Origin: Cyanidioschyzon merolae | Lineage: Eukaryota | Assembly (NCBI GenBank): GCA_000091205.1 | Contig: AP006484.2 | Reading direction: 5' to 3' (one strand) | DNA: 64,000 nt | Shown here: one piece after another, positions 11,025 through 24,808 of the stretch | Numbering within the stretch: position 1 is the stretch's first letter | Layout of the letters: every line of letters starts with the position of its first letter | Made by a program: the position numbers and the translations under genes | Notes under the pieces: model-generated | What the model was told of the DNA's origin: nothing | Seen by the model: the letters and a program-made list of their open reading frames with translations, nothing else | Database searches by the model: none

Positions 11025-13433
11025 GGCATCTTCCTCTGCGCTGAACGCATGAAAACGAGTCTCATCGCTCGACTCACGATTAGGATTCATAAAGCGAATG
11101 CACATTCGCATGCCATCCGTCGCCATCGCCTCTGTAACCACCCTTTCCGTTCATCGATCCGAATGAGGGAAAGCGTTGAACGAGCGCCTCGAATGATCTG
11201 GGCGAAGTTGTTCCAACGTATCATCCTGGCGTACGCAGTGCAACCGGAGCTCACTGAACTCGCTCTACAAGACACGAAACAAGTGTCTCCGGGAAATGCA
11301 AGCGGCCTCGAGGCGAGTTACCGGGACCGTATCGCATGCCCCGCGAGAACAAGATGCAACGCTCGCACAACTGGAGTCACGCTGACGTGCTATGGAGGGC
11401 TCTGCTCATGACTCCATCGTCACGCGAGATGCAAGCACGGCAGGTATCGTGTCTCAAGCATCCTTTCGATACGACATCTGCCGGTTCGAGTTCCAGAGCA
11501 GCACCATCAGCTTGCACGAGATGAGCCGACGCTGCCTCTCGTCTAGACTGTGCTTGCAAAAAGTCGCCTCCATTTCGAATGGTATCGGTAGCACCAGCTT
11601 GTCAGTTGCCGCCAGCGACATCGAGAGGAAGCACTGCATCTCTCCAGACTCGTTTGGTCCCGGCAGCGTGAGGCTACAGCGCCTCCAGGGAGCGCCTCAT
11701 GAAGCGCTAGAGAATGACCTGCATGCGGTTGGAGTTTTTGAGGGTTGTTCCATCGTTATCGGCATCTGTGGTGTAGATGTTCAGGTCACCGGGTTCGTGT
11801 CGCAAAGCGTCAAGCAGCGGTCAGAAACATGTGTACGAACCTCTGATCCTACGATGAGACTGGCTTGCGTCTCCGGTGCCGAGTCTCAGATGTGTTGTCG
11901 CACGAAGGTTTCATCGAAAGACTCCGTAGGAATATGGACAGCTGGCTGCCCTGCATCTGGAACGGGTAGGAACACCGGCTCCTCGATGTCCACCAAGGCG
12001 AGGGAGGCTTGACGAAGCCCCTTCGTTTAGGGCGCTATGGTTCCCCTGATAGCGTCCTGCACGTCGCTTTCTGGCAGGTTCTCCGCGTTCGCGTGCTCTT
12101 GTAGCGAAGCCTTGATAACCAACACAGACCGCCCTTTCCGATCCGACTCTCGATCGTTTCAGTCGCTGCCCGTCCTCTTTTGGAGAGGAGTCTTTCTCTC
12201 GCTGGCCTGGTGGTTTCGTCTCGTTTTCGTTGACTGCGACGGCTCGCAAGGATATGCTTGGGACGCTCTGCCATCCTCGTATGCCCTTGGAGTTCGGACG
12301 GACCTGGTGGGCAGCAAAACTGAAGCTCGTCTTTTACTTGTACGATTCTATTATTCCTTAGGTGCCGCTCCGTCACCAGGTCTATTGCCAGGGCGCCTGG
12401 CGACTGCAGCGCGCCTGACCGCTTCCTCCCGCACACGAGCAGAGAGGGAGCGCAGTAGTTGGCGGCTGATGAAGGCCGAAAGCAACTTGTCGACGAACTG
12501 GGGTGTCACGGATGCGAACGACTCGCCTCTTCAACCCGGAGCGTAACCCTGGCGTTCGACGGCAGAGAAGCCACTGTCGACCGGACCGAAGTAAAGAGCG
12601 CTGGCTGGCGTCACGGGCAGCTCAACGTCAACCGCTGGTGCGTTCTCCTCGACACCTGGTGAGTGATGGAAAGCGACTTTATGCAACATCAGGACATGTG
12701 AATACGGGGAGCAGACTCCTCGAGGAAAGCCCCGACGACGAGGCATGAGGCATTGAACGACAGGGCCCGCTTGGCGAGTTGTAGGCGACCTCACGACTGA
12801 CTCGCTGCTGGGGCTCATGTTGATACGATACTCGCTTGTTTCTGCGCTGAAGCCAGGCGTTTGCCACTCCTGGACGACGCACATCTCGTGCAGGAGTGCG
12901 GGTCCTCCCGAACAGACGCTGAAGGCGTTAGACGATCCCCCGCGCCCCCTTTCTATCATATGGTATGCGTCCGCGAGGAAGTGCCCATGCAACAGTGGGG
13001 TATTCACCGTGCAGCGGTCTCCGGTTCGAGCGTGCGTTCTCCTTTGTCTGTTCGCGTATCGTTGTCAGCGTTCGGATCGTTGGTATGCGGGCCTGAGATT
13101 CTGCGGCTTCTTTAGACGTATTTCTTTGAAAACGTCTTGACTGGCGAGGATTGACAAGGACCCGATCTTTAGACAACGTTCTAGGAGTTCATTTCCAGGT
13201 GCACAACGTTCAGAGCACGGACGACGAGAAATACCGCTCATCCACTTGCTGTCAGTAGAATAACTGACCTGTACAATGAATTCTGTTTTCCGCCAGCTGA
13301 CACAGACTGTCATACAACGTTTCTGCGACCTATCCCCGATCGACACCAACCAATCCCTGTGTTGTACGCCTGCGAGAGACACATACGCACACAACAGGAT
13401 CTTTCTGGTACAGGTGTTCCGGAGCCACTGCTC
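11025..13433. repeat. Inverted-repeat copy A (~2.41 kb), partner at 24809-27220.
   Basis: Identical-length ORF translations appear on opposite strands at coordinates summing to 38242 (e.g. 11392-12012(+) matches 26230-26850(-); 12531-13007(-) matches 25235-25711(+)). ~97% identity; one 3-nt indel near the left edge. Overlapping ORFs on both strands and no conserved protein motifs, so probably non-coding. Confidence 0.85.
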
Positions 13434-13692
13434 CAGTTTAACACCGCACCATAGCTCCAAAAATCTGCCGTCTTCGTTGTTGGAGTTTACGCAGTATATC
13501 CCCCAGATATGCTACCATTACCACCGCACTCCGGACGGAGACGCTCCGCCACAGACCAACGCTCTATCGACCGCCAGGCGGCGTGCCCTCAGTGATCTCA
13601 CCAGCGCTCGGCAGCGCACTTCGTTTGGCCTTCAGTTCAGTTCGTGACCTGTCCGTGCACACAACCAACGAACTGGAACGTTTCAGAAATCT

Positions 13693-15132
13693 GTGGAGTG
13701 CATGTTTGTGTTGCCAGTACATCTGGAGAAACGACACTGCAGTCCGTTCTGCAACGTTCGGTTGGTGGCGGCAAGTCCTTGGAAACGCTTCGCGAAACGT
13801 CGCCTTTGGCTGTGCGGGGGCGCAGGTGGCCCGCCCTCCTTCGGTCGGGGAAACACCGACGATAATGACGATGACGACGACGACCAGAACGATAAAAACC
13901 GCTCTAATGGACCAAACGAACACAAAGACGACGCGAGCGACGGCCTAAACTGGTCACTGCTGCAGCGGCGGGTGCGGGAACTGCGAGCAGCTGCTGCGCA
14001 CGAAGCGAACGCCTCGGAGCGCAACTGGCAAACGGGGCGCTGTGAGCGGCTCGCGCTCCTTGTCTTCGAAGACGATGACGTTGCAGGCTTCAAATACGTC
14101 AACTCGGAGGTTCTGGTCGGCTCCAGGTCTGGTCAAGTTCGTTGGGTCGACCTGGAGCACCGACGCCTGTTGCGCACCCTCGAAGCACCGTGCTCTCGCA
14201 TCGACCCGTCGACTGTAGCGGCAACGAGTGCTCTCGACTTTGATGGTTCCGTAGCAGCGATTGGCTATGCAGACGGATCTCTCCAGTACTGGTTTCTGCG
14301 TCAAGAGACGCCCGTGAACTTTTTATCGTGGCCAAATGTGTTTCAAGCACCGGTGGTGGGTATTGCGTTGCTCCCGGGGGGCCGCTTCGCTGCCGCATCC
14401 CTCGAGGGACGCCTACGAGTCTACCCAGCGGAACCGCCTCGCCCGGGCGAGCTTGTGGTTCCAGTGCCGCCACTCGTAGACATCGACGTGCAAGTGCCGG
14501 TGCTGTCGATGGAAGCAACGACCCAACACTGTCTTATTGGTTGCCTTGACGGTACCATTCGCGTGTACTCCCTTGCGAACGGGAGCTGCGTGCTGCGTCT
14601 CAACCCCAGCGCAAACGAAGAGCGGGCAGCTGGAATTTCTGCTATCTATTACGAAACATCGACTGAAACGCTCTGGATTGGTGATGAGCTTGGACTGGTA
14701 CGCGCACTGAACCTCCAGCAAGGGGAGCTCATCCAGCGTTTCCAAGCGCATCGTGGTGGAGTTCGTTCCATTTTTGCGGATGCCACGAAATTGGTCACAG
14801 CTGGACGTACTTCCGTCCCTGGAGAGAAACCCATAGACTTTGTGGAAGACGTACTCCGAGTCGCCGAAACAGCCCGGAAGGAGACGATTCCCATTCCGGC
14901 TGTAGGAGCGGAAGTGGACGACGCAGGCGCATCGTTCCCGCATATCGAAAGTAATATTCCGGGGCTGTCGGGTGGAAGCATTCGCGTCTGGTCGCAGACG
15001 TATCAGCGACCGCTTTTTGAACTCGTTGGTCACTCCGAATCGCTCTCCACTGTGCAGTTTGATCAGAACAAGATGGTAAGTGATGGTCTGGGTAGCGTGC
15101 TGCTGATCAATCGCTTTGGTCTGAAAATCTAA
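13693..15132 (+). CDS. WD40-repeat protein with acidic (poly-Asp) N-terminal region; function unknown.
   Basis: Repeated WD-like blocks (...DGSLQYW, ...DGTIRVYSL, ...GGSIRVWSQ, SESLSTVQFD) across ~300 aa. The listed start is GTG; the first ATG is at 13702. Confidence 0.55.
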   Translation: MECMFVLPVHLEKRHCSPFCNVRLVAASPWKRFAKRRLWLCGGAGGPPSFGRGNTDDNDDDDDDQNDKNRSNGPNEHKDDASDGLNWSLLQRRVRELRAAAAHEANASERNWQTGRCERLALLVFEDDDVAGFKYVNSEVLVGSRSGQVRWVDLEHRRLLRTLEAPCSRIDPSTVAATSALDFDGSVAAIGYADGSLQYWFLRQETPVNFLSWPNVFQAPVVGIALLPGGRFAAASLEGRLRVYPAEPPRPGELVVPVPPLVDIDVQVPVLSMEATTQHCLIGCLDGTIRVYSLANGSCVLRLNPSANEERAAGISAIYYETSTETLWIGDELGLVRALNLQQGELIQRFQAHRGGVRSIFADATKLVTAGRTSVPGEKPIDFVEDVLRVAETARKETIPIPAVGAEVDDAGASFPHIESNIPGLSGGSIRVWSQTYQRPLFELVGHSESLSTVQFDQNKMVSDGLGSVLLINRFGLKI

Positions 15133-15905
15133 AGTCTCCGAGGACCTCGACAGAGCCATTGAATTCATCCAGGCTTCGTACCCGCGCACTCAGACTTGCA
15201 GTGTCTGTCAGTTTCTCATGAGGAGGATCGGCTACTCGTGGACATGCAACAACTTCACCCTGCAGATCAGTGCTTCAGTGCGGCTGAACGCTGGAGTCAC
15301 TGCTCGCTATTGCGGTATCCAGTGGAACTGAGGCAGAGGCTCAATGCCGTTGTGATTGAAAACGCAACTCGATATCTCCGCCCAGTCTGCGGCCGCAGAC
15401 CCGAAAAATCGTGTACTTCTGTGTATTGTCGGCGTGCCAGGTGCGGGACAGGCACCACGGTATGAGTGTGTCAATGTTTCTGGGCATTGGCAGCGTTCGG
15501 TGCCGAGACGGACGTCTCGGGAGAGGATGCAGTGTCGAGCACAGTTCCCAGCAATGGGCTCTGGGCAGACTAGAGGTGCCCGTTGCGCGCACAAACGCGT
15601 TGAATCATGGTATGGCGTCAAAGTCTACAACAAGAACAACAGCAAGGTCGGGAAGGGTAAATGCGCTGACGACCCCAGAGCGAGTGAACCGGTGGCCGGC
15701 GCCTAAGAAACGTTGCTGGCGCTGCGTAGAGCACTACGGATACGAGCGAATACCCAGTGAACCAAAGGACCTTCCATTCAATGGGGCACGCCGGTACCAG
15801 AATGCGCTCCACAGTGCGACATTCTGGCGTACCAGGGCCCTCTTACCGCCACAAGCTCTTGAGTCCGCAACGCGCATCATACTATCGGTGAACCTCTGCA
15901 GCATC

Positions 15906-15998
15906 CTATGAGTGCCACAAGGTTTGAATCCCGAAACGCTGGCGGGCATCCGTGAACCACTGATGTGTCCCAAAGTAGGGGTCCCAGTCGTCGTCCTC

Positions 15999-16030
<32 letters not shown>

Positions 16031-19000
16031 CGACGTCGTCGTCATCGTCGTTAGGGTCTGCGTCATCATTGTCTCCGGTGCCCGCTGAAGTCGTGGGAGC
16101 GGTCGTAGCGGCTTCGACGCACCCAGGGGCCCCATTGACAGCATCTACAACCGCCTGCCCGGTCTGTGCCTGCATCGTCGAGAATCCGTTATGCGGAGCA
16201 GTGGACAATCCAGACGCCTGGTTCGGGGAAAGCGCTGCTACCTGCATTGACCGCTGCCCAGCGCTCGTGTCTGCGCCGTGCCCTACCCAATGACCTTCGG
16301 GCAGTGGAAGCAGGGCCAGCGTCCGTTCGCTGCCTCTGCTTCCATGAGACGACAGTACACGAGCCGGAGAGCGACCCATTTCAGCTCTCAAAAGCGGCAT
16401 TTCAAGCGCATCCGATGTCGAGCACGCTGCAGGGTGTATTGTAAAAGCGACGGAGATGAGGTACGGGAACGCATGCAGCACGAGCCGGGTGTAGCGGTGC
16501 AGATCTGCAACCACATGCTTGCGATCCTCAAAGTGCTCCAGCTGGGACTCTATGTGCCCACTGGCTTCTGCTGCGGCAATGGACGACTCGAAGAGGGCCA
16601 GTTCGGCACGCTCGCGAGGTAGGAGGGTCCTGCGCTGACGGCGCGCAAACGCTAGTCTCATAGCAATATGCGCTCGCATACCGCGTACCGTCTCACGACG
16701 AATCGGCACATAGACAAAGCATTGGACGCGTAAGACGGACCTTGCTTCCACAATGACTCGCTCAAACTCATTCAAGTAGCCAAGTTCCAGCAGCAAATGG
16801 CCGAGTCGTGCCACCAGTTCAGGATCACGTTCCAGCTCTGCAGCGTGCTCGGTCTCGGCGAGGTGCAGTTCAATCTCCGCACGGCGTCTGTAGCGAACAA
16901 GTTCGGCAGCGTAACTGATAGGCCCTGCCTGGATAGTCCATAAACACGACTGCAGACGGCACGGACAAGGTTCGTTGAGCGCTTCAGCAGCAGCCCGAAA
17001 CACGGCTTCGATCGCCTCGTACTCCCTGGCGTTGAGCGTGAGACGCCCTGAACCGCCGAGTAGCACTTTTTGCATATGTGTATCAACAGTGATCCGCTGA
17101 GATGTATCCGGATGAAGCAGGTTATCGAGAAAAGCGGTGACTTTGCTCCCACTGGGGACCCCCAGACAACCCGCCAAATAGTTCAGCAATGAATTCATGG
17201 GATAAGAGCCGAAGCGCGGTCGCCTCACCTGCGAAATCGCCCGATAATTGAGCAGTGCGTTGATCGTATTTGCCGCAATCGATGAATTCGGTGAACACGT
17301 TGCAAGGAGCGAAAGGAAAAGATGCATTTCGAGAGCGTTTCCGTATGTCGCGCCCTGAACTACATCGTGGAGGTCCTGGTACCACGTGTACATGGCTGGA
17401 TGCGTTGCGCGGATGCGCTTCAAGTGGTCGCCCAGTGTCTCCAGGGTCGGTGGAGGCCTCTCGAAACGGTGTTCCCCGAGAACCTCGATACAGGTGCGTA
17501 ATGCAGCTTCAAAAGGCAACGGCTTGCTGGACGCTGCAGTAGGTGGTGCAGGTTTCACCAGCGTCTGTGAGTCGAGTCGTTGGCGTCGAGCCCATTCTCT
17601 GCGCGCTTGCATCCCATTAGCGACTGGATTGAACCGCACCAGCTCCTCCAGAGCATGCCGGACTGCCCGCAGCTTCCGCGATGATGCCCACTCGTCCGGT
17701 ACACTGAAGACCCGCGGATGTGTTTCGTAGATGCACTCTCGAAGAGCGTGCTGAACGTGCGCCTCGGCAGAGAGGCGGGGTGTAGTGTCCGCAACCGTCC
17801 CGCGTTCCCGCAGGATGCGTCGTTCGTACGCATGTTGGACGCGTACGTAGAGCAGCACGTGCTCCTGTCTGCGCAGCTCGTTGGTGATCGCTGCGAGGCT
17901 CTTTTGTGTGGCTCCGAGGAGTTGCTCCAGGCGGTCGCGACCTTCCTGGACGAGAGCATCGATTTCCTGACGATGTTTTTGACGGAGTCGTTCACCTTCT
18001 TCACCGGCAGGGTACGCATTAGAGCGAAGATATTTCGTAGGGTTTGGCGCAATCGCAAGTGAGCCAAAAGTCTTCGGACTGCCTCCAGAGGTGTCGCTTG
18101 TGGTGTGCATGAGTAGCTGCTCCTGGCGATGGCCGACGCGTTCCAGCCACTGCTCCCGTATGCTCATGAGCCATTGTTGATATAGGGCAACATTCTGCAG
18201 CGGCCAGAGAGCACGACATGTGTCATCTGTTGTTGCGACGTGATCAGGAGCTGTGCTCTTGATCCCGCCCTCAGTGGTCTGCGTGTGTGCCGCTGCCTCC
18301 GCTGCTGCTTCACGGACAACCGATTCGGCTGCCGTCTGTATCTTTGCGTCTTGTTCGGAGTCCTCAGTGCCGCTTGATCGGATGCGCTGCTGATCCTGAA
18401 TCCAAAGCAGGGCACGGGACCAAGCGTCTTCCATGCTCGCGTCAGTTACAAGCGAAGCGACGGTAGCATCGGCGTCGACCCTGTGCGTTTGAGGATCCTC
18501 GATGCCGCTGATGCCCCCGTTCGATGCACTGCTCGCTGCTGGTATATTTTCGATTATAGACGGCCGCCACGGGGTGAAAGCGTGTTCCTCTAATCTCGCG
18601 TTCTGCAGCTTTGCTGACGACGGAAGGGCATCACATGTTGAAATAGCACTGCAATCGTTCCGCAAGCCCGCGGAAGCCTGCTTCATTGGTGACTGGAGCA
18701 CTTTGGGCGGTCTCCAGGGCGGTGCTTCGCGTTCACGAGCTCTCGACAAGCACAGCCTAGGACGCCGCGGCCCAAGCTGGTCACGTTCAGGTCTGGTTGA
18801 AGACTTTTGGCCGCTGGCAGCAACGGTAACGGCTTCCTTATTGCCAGGGCTACAAGCGTCCTGGCCGTTTCCCGGCACAAGGGAGCTGCGCTTCTTCGGG
18901 GACCAAAATGTCTCACAAGCATACGATTTGGCTTGCACGCTGTTTTTTTGTACGTCAACCATATTGCTTACTTCTGACGAACGCGAACTGCTGCCGCAGC

Positions 19001-19262
19001 GCACCGGTGTAGCAGCGGGCACAGTCTCGAGGCCCAGCGCTTTAGCGGCCTTCAGAAACGGATTTTCGCACGCGTTAGGTGCGAGCACCCTATCCAGTAA
19101 TGGTGTCGCCACTCTGCCTGAGTCGGTTTGCGGGGAACTAGTCGGCGGCACGAACGCTGGACCTGGTGGAGCTGATGCCTCTTCCTCTGACGTCTGCATC
19201 GCGGGGAAAAGCACAACAGCTGGACCCTTATTTTCCCCAAATTCTCCGCTTACAGCAGCCAC
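15906..19262 (-). CDS. Large orphan protein (1118 aa) with a ~60-aa poly-Asp/Glu tail encoded by a (GAT/GAC)n microsatellite at ~15987-16052; no recognisable domain.
   Basis: Long uninterrupted ORF with the GC-rich codon bias typical of neighbouring genes. No motif recognised by eye. Confidence 0.4.
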
Positions 19263-20432
19263 CTATGCAAATACAGTATTTTAAGGTCGGTCTCTGGAGA
19301 TTATGAGCCAAAGATCACAACTAAACACCGCAAGTTCCCGAAAAGCTCAGATAGCGCATTCTGATACCAGATCGCTTAGAGCGCGATCCAGTACGCAGTT
19401 GTTCGCGAGGCGCATCGGCGGCTGGAGGCGGCGGTTGATCTGCAGCGATCCATCGCAGTGCGATGGCTTTGTAGTGTCTCCAGCCTAGGCTCTTGAAACT
19501 AATCTGATATAGTAGACCGGGATACAGTATGCGCTTTTGTCGGGTGCCTCGATCGTTCCAGGCGAGATGCAAGGATCAAACGTCGTGGCAGATATGGACG
19601 CTACAAATGTGCTATGCCTCTGCCGAGATCACCAGATCCGGGGGACGTAGCGGGCATCATAACTTGGACAGCGACGATAGCATGGAAATGACTTGAACTA
19701 TCATCGGTTCTAGCCCATGACGCGGGATAGAAGCAAAATTCAGGTCAGGTCCTTATTCCAGCGTCCGTGCGGCATGCATAACAAGCATAGGGATTAAACG
19801 TATATCCGTGTTCAGGAATCCTACCGTGCCTTGTTTGTTTACGATCAATAAAACTAACGAAACTCTTCAAGGCTAGAGTGATGCGTACCTTATCCAGACA
19901 AGCGTAAGCCGCAGAGAACGCTACGCTTTTGATCGAAGCGTCGAGGGGTATCCTGCCAGGCCCCTACATCTCCATGTATGTCAAGGCGGTACTGCGATGG
20001 GCAGTAGCTTCGGCACCAGCGACAGACCCTATAGCAAGAGATTATTCTACGTGAGTTTCCAATCTACGATACTTTATTTCAGCTGCAGCGCGATACAAAC
20101 ACGCATGTGCCAAGGCGGGGTGTCGGACACGTGTCCTTCATCGATCGATGAGGCGTCTCGCGCAGCGCATGCATCGCGCTCGATGAGGGTACCTGGGAGT
20201 TGGGGCAGATATGAGACACGACGCGCGTGCCGCCGTTGAAGGGAAACGTGATCTTGATCTTTAGCGTCTAGCTCTCGTGTAAAAGTTGTATTTTCGTTAA
20301 CTTCATAGGCAAGTATAGTTTTTAGTTCGATTGTGTTTCAACCCTCAAGTGAAAATATTCGATTGATTTTTCGCAGTGTATAAGAGAAGCCTTCACAGAG
20401 GGTTCATTTGAAAAAACTCAAAAAGGAAAGTT

Positions 20433-21230
20433 ATGGAAGAGCAAGTCGACGATCCTGGAGGCCCAGGGTCGCAGGCTGCCAGAAAAAACAAAAAAACAGT
20501 GCCGAGTCCAGAAGAAAAGGAAGAGAAGAAGACCCAAAGGGGGAAGGTCCTACGTCGAAGGCGGCAGGAAAGACGACTGTACAACGAGATGGTGGTGAAT
20601 ACCTCTCTTCTTGGACATATCAAGGATCCGTACGAGCAAAATTTGCGAGACGCTATCAGAAACCGTGTCGATTCGGACTCCAGGAGTATTATAGAGGCGT
20701 CGCCAGGACTGATGCATTTAGCGAGGGAGGTGTATCGCGACGTGACGCACATGGAAACGGTCGAGATTCCGGACGAGCTCTTCGACCAGACTTTTATTCG
20801 TCACCTAATGCTTGGCACAGGGGAAGCGCGGAGGGGAAATGAGCGGGTGCAAGTCCTCCACGAAAACTTCGCGGAATTCCGCTTCGAGGGTAATCGATAC
20901 AGGGGTGACGGGGATATTTACATACGCGGCGCCATGAAGTACCTCACGAATCTGAAGAACCATTTAACAGTGAACCTCGAACGTTTCATGATACGCACCG
21001 AGTTTGCACTTTACCCGGGCATCTCTCGCAAGGGGATATCGGCGATGATCAATGGAATCACGAACGATCGCCAGCGAGAAGATGAGATCAAGTTCGTTGA
21101 CAAGAAGCCGTCACACAGGAGCATGAATGAAGTCTCTGTAATCCGTGCGCCTATACAAGAGCACCGTGCAGTCTTGGGGCTGGCGAATCCAACAGACAAG
21201 ATATCAGAGTTGAAAAATGATAAGGAATGA
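20433..21230 (+). CDS. Fanzor-like gene, N-terminal segment: basic NLS-like tract followed by a helical (REC-like?) region.
   Basis: ATG at 20433. KNKKTVPSPEEKEEKKTQRGKVLRRRRQERR resembles the NLS-rich N-termini of Fanzor proteins. No catalytic motif. Assignment to the same gene rests on collinearity and a phase-compatible GT-AG candidate intron at 21209-21308. Confidence 0.3.
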   Translation: MEEQVDDPGGPGSQAARKNKKTVPSPEEKEEKKTQRGKVLRRRRQERRLYNEMVVNTSLLGHIKDPYEQNLRDAIRNRVDSDSRSIIEASPGLMHLAREVYRDVTHMETVEIPDELFDQTFIRHLMLGTGEARRGNERVQVLHENFAEFRFEGNRYRGDGDIYIRGAMKYLTNLKNHLTVNLERFMIRTEFALYPGISRKGISAMINGITNDRQREDEIKFVDKKPSHRSMNEVSVIRAPIQEHRAVLGLANPTDKISELKNDKE

Positions 21231-21303
21231 TGTTATCCCCTCATCCTACGCTACTTCGTGCTTCTGGAACGAGAGCTCGAACGCAAGGCGGAGATGAAGC
21301 TGA

Positions 21304-22634
<1,331 letters not shown>

Positions 22635-22707
22635 GGCGCGTTCGCCGCCACTACTCTACTCGGTCGGCGTCCTTCGCCTTTAGGACGGAGTTCGTTGGTG
22701 CTCGTTG

Positions 22708-23445
22708 ATGTTCGGCAGCAGCCGACGCGCAACGGTGAGGAAGAGCTTGTCTATTATCGAAGAGGATGAAGACGAGGCAGTCAGTGAATGCGACAGTCCT
22801 GCGGAGCTCCGGCACCGGATCACTGACGGACCGAGGAAGTTTGACGCTGTCGGAGTGACCGGTCACGGCGTGGAGAGCGACGAGTCCAGTGCTGGTAACG
22901 AAACGATGCCCTCGAGAGCACACAAGGTGCCACTCGGCCCGGTGGAGCAATCACGTCTGGGAACGAGTGCGCGCTCGAGACGCCAAGAGCAGCGCGGGCA
23001 AAACACTGACCAGATTCGTGAATTCCAAGTACGGTTACAGGAAACCCAAGATGCGCTGAGAAAAACTCAGGCCGAGGTAAGTATGCTCCGGGCTCACGTC
23101 TCGGCCCTGGAGATGGCACTGGAGGAGCGGAACACTGAAGTGCGGCGGCTACGTGAGCAGCTTGCATCCAGCGCACCAGGCGCTAGTGGGACTTTGAATG
23201 TACAGCAGGGGAAAGTGGCCTCGGCCGTAGGTCGAGACCTGCTCGGACTCTTAAGAAGTAGCCATGCGTCCGCAGCTGATTCGCCGATATCGATTTCCAC
23301 TGTCTCTGAGGGCGCACTGAAACCGTCGCTGCCATCACGACTTGTCGAGCTGCGCGCCAATACTTCTCCAACAGCGAGCTCATCTGCGTCGAATATCTTG
23401 CTAGGTACTCCAGATACTGGAAAATCTTCGATGGGCAAACGTTGA
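22708..23445 (+). CDS. Hypothetical coiled-coil protein (acidic N-terminus, heptad-rich centre).
   Basis: 246-aa ORF (ATG at 22708) with ...IREFQVRLQETQDALRKTQAEVSMLRAHVSALEMALEERNTEVRRLREQL. GC-rich like host genes. Starts 70 bp after the Fanzor-like ORF stop. Confidence 0.3.
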   Translation: MFGSSRRATVRKSLSIIEEDEDEAVSECDSPAELRHRITDGPRKFDAVGVTGHGVESDESSAGNETMPSRAHKVPLGPVEQSRLGTSARSRRQEQRGQNTDQIREFQVRLQETQDALRKTQAEVSMLRAHVSALEMALEERNTEVRRLREQLASSAPGASGTLNVQQGKVASAVGRDLLGLLRSSHASAADSPISISTVSEGALKPSLPSRLVELRANTSPTASSSASNILLGTPDTGKSSMGKR

Positions 23446-24808
23446 CGCCGGTGCCTCTAGGCCGGCGAGAGCACGCCAGATAAGTCTTCTGTAGTTGATG
23501 AGGTACCGTGGCGCTGCTCCTTGTACACTGACAGGCATTGGTGTGGTCTGCGACCGCCCTTGCCGCCCGAAACGGAGCGGATTTTCGTTGCGCTGGGAAG
23601 TGCCCGCTGCAGAGGTCGCTCTCTGGGATGTACTCGAGCCCTAGATATTGTATTAGAAGCGGATTATCCCGTATGAAGACTATCGAAAACGCTTTCACGA
23701 GACAGGCCATGGATTATGGGAAGTTGCACTGGGGAATCACTGCCTTGCAGGTTTCTTTTGTTGCATCATCGGAATCGTAAGCTGGCACTCTTGTATCTCT
23801 CTGCGACGACCTGAAAAAGAGCGTTTCGTCTGCGAAATCTTACGAAATCATGGACCACAGGGTGTGGTCGAGCGCAGAGAAGCGTTGCCGGCTTGCATTC
23901 GGTCCCGTATGTTCGTACTGTCTTTTCTAAATGTCGCCTCATTGCTCCAGCTCTATGTCGCTAGTCATGCGTGCAAAGATTCAAATGTGCAGGCAGGTCT
24001 ATGTCCAGTTCCAAGTCCGCGACGCATGAAAGCAGGTAAGGCAGCAGGCATGGATGCATGTGTACGCGTTTGTTCGCATCCACGCGGGCAGGTAGGCAGG
24101 TAGACACGCTGGTACACAGGAGCTGGATTCTGCATCTGCGCTCTGCGAAGGCTATCCAGCAAAAAGATCGGGATACGTGCTGGGTCCCAGTGCTAAAGAT
24201 CAGAGCGTGTACCAAATACAATGTGCAAGGAGTTGATCAATGGCATGCAAAGGCGACCGCCACGCCCTCAGGTCATGTTGTTCACGGCATTTTGCGACAA
24301 TTGCATTGAGGTACTCGTTCGCATCCGTTCCATCTATTCCAGCTTCTGGAAATCTAGCTTGAAAGGTATCATATTAGGAAGGGAGCAAGCATTGATGATG
24401 CCTTGCACCTGACAGCTCTTCAAATCCTCGATCGCAAAAAGTACGCATTGGAGGTTTAGACGAGGCGCAACCTTGATGTGTCGAGTTTTAGGGAATAACG
24501 TGGGCGTTTACCAGCAAATCTTAACAAGCTAGTTCTTTGCGCTGGGGATGGGGGGTGTCGCATTGCGGCTGCTGCGATCAATTGGGCGAAAAACTCGTGC
24601 CATGATTGGTCGGCATTTTTCATCTTCTAGGATCGAAGAGAAGAAACAGGGACAACATGGGTGCGGCATTGTTGTTGGTTTCCAGGGACCTGACCACCAG
24701 GCCGATCTAAAACCACAACTTCCACGAAACACGAACCAGACCTCGCAAGGTGGGTGCAACGATGCTGACCGTTGTCAAGGGCCGGTCCGTTGACTTTTTT
24801 TTGGTTCA

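Noticed and set aside
11049-13460. ORFs of 120-206 aa inside the inverted repeats as possible transposase/cargo genes
   Set aside because: Translations are low-complexity and overlap each other on both strands. Substitutions between the two copies show no synonymous bias visible by eye (many are non-conservative). No DDE, HTH, or recombinase motifs.
18502-19284. 260-aa + strand ORF antisense to the 5' part of the 1118-aa gene
   Set aside because: Fully overlapped by the longer, better-supported minus-strand ORF. No motifs.
20433-21230. The 265-aa ORF upstream of the TnpB-like segments as an IS607-type serine recombinase (TnpA), i.e. a Fanzor2-like arrangement
   Set aside because: No serine-recombinase catalytic motifs (no YxRVSxxxQ nucleophile block, no conserved Arg/Asp positions). 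The N-terminal NLS-like tract and collinearity fit a Fanzor N-terminus better. I treat it as the gene's N-terminal segment rather than a separate recombinase.
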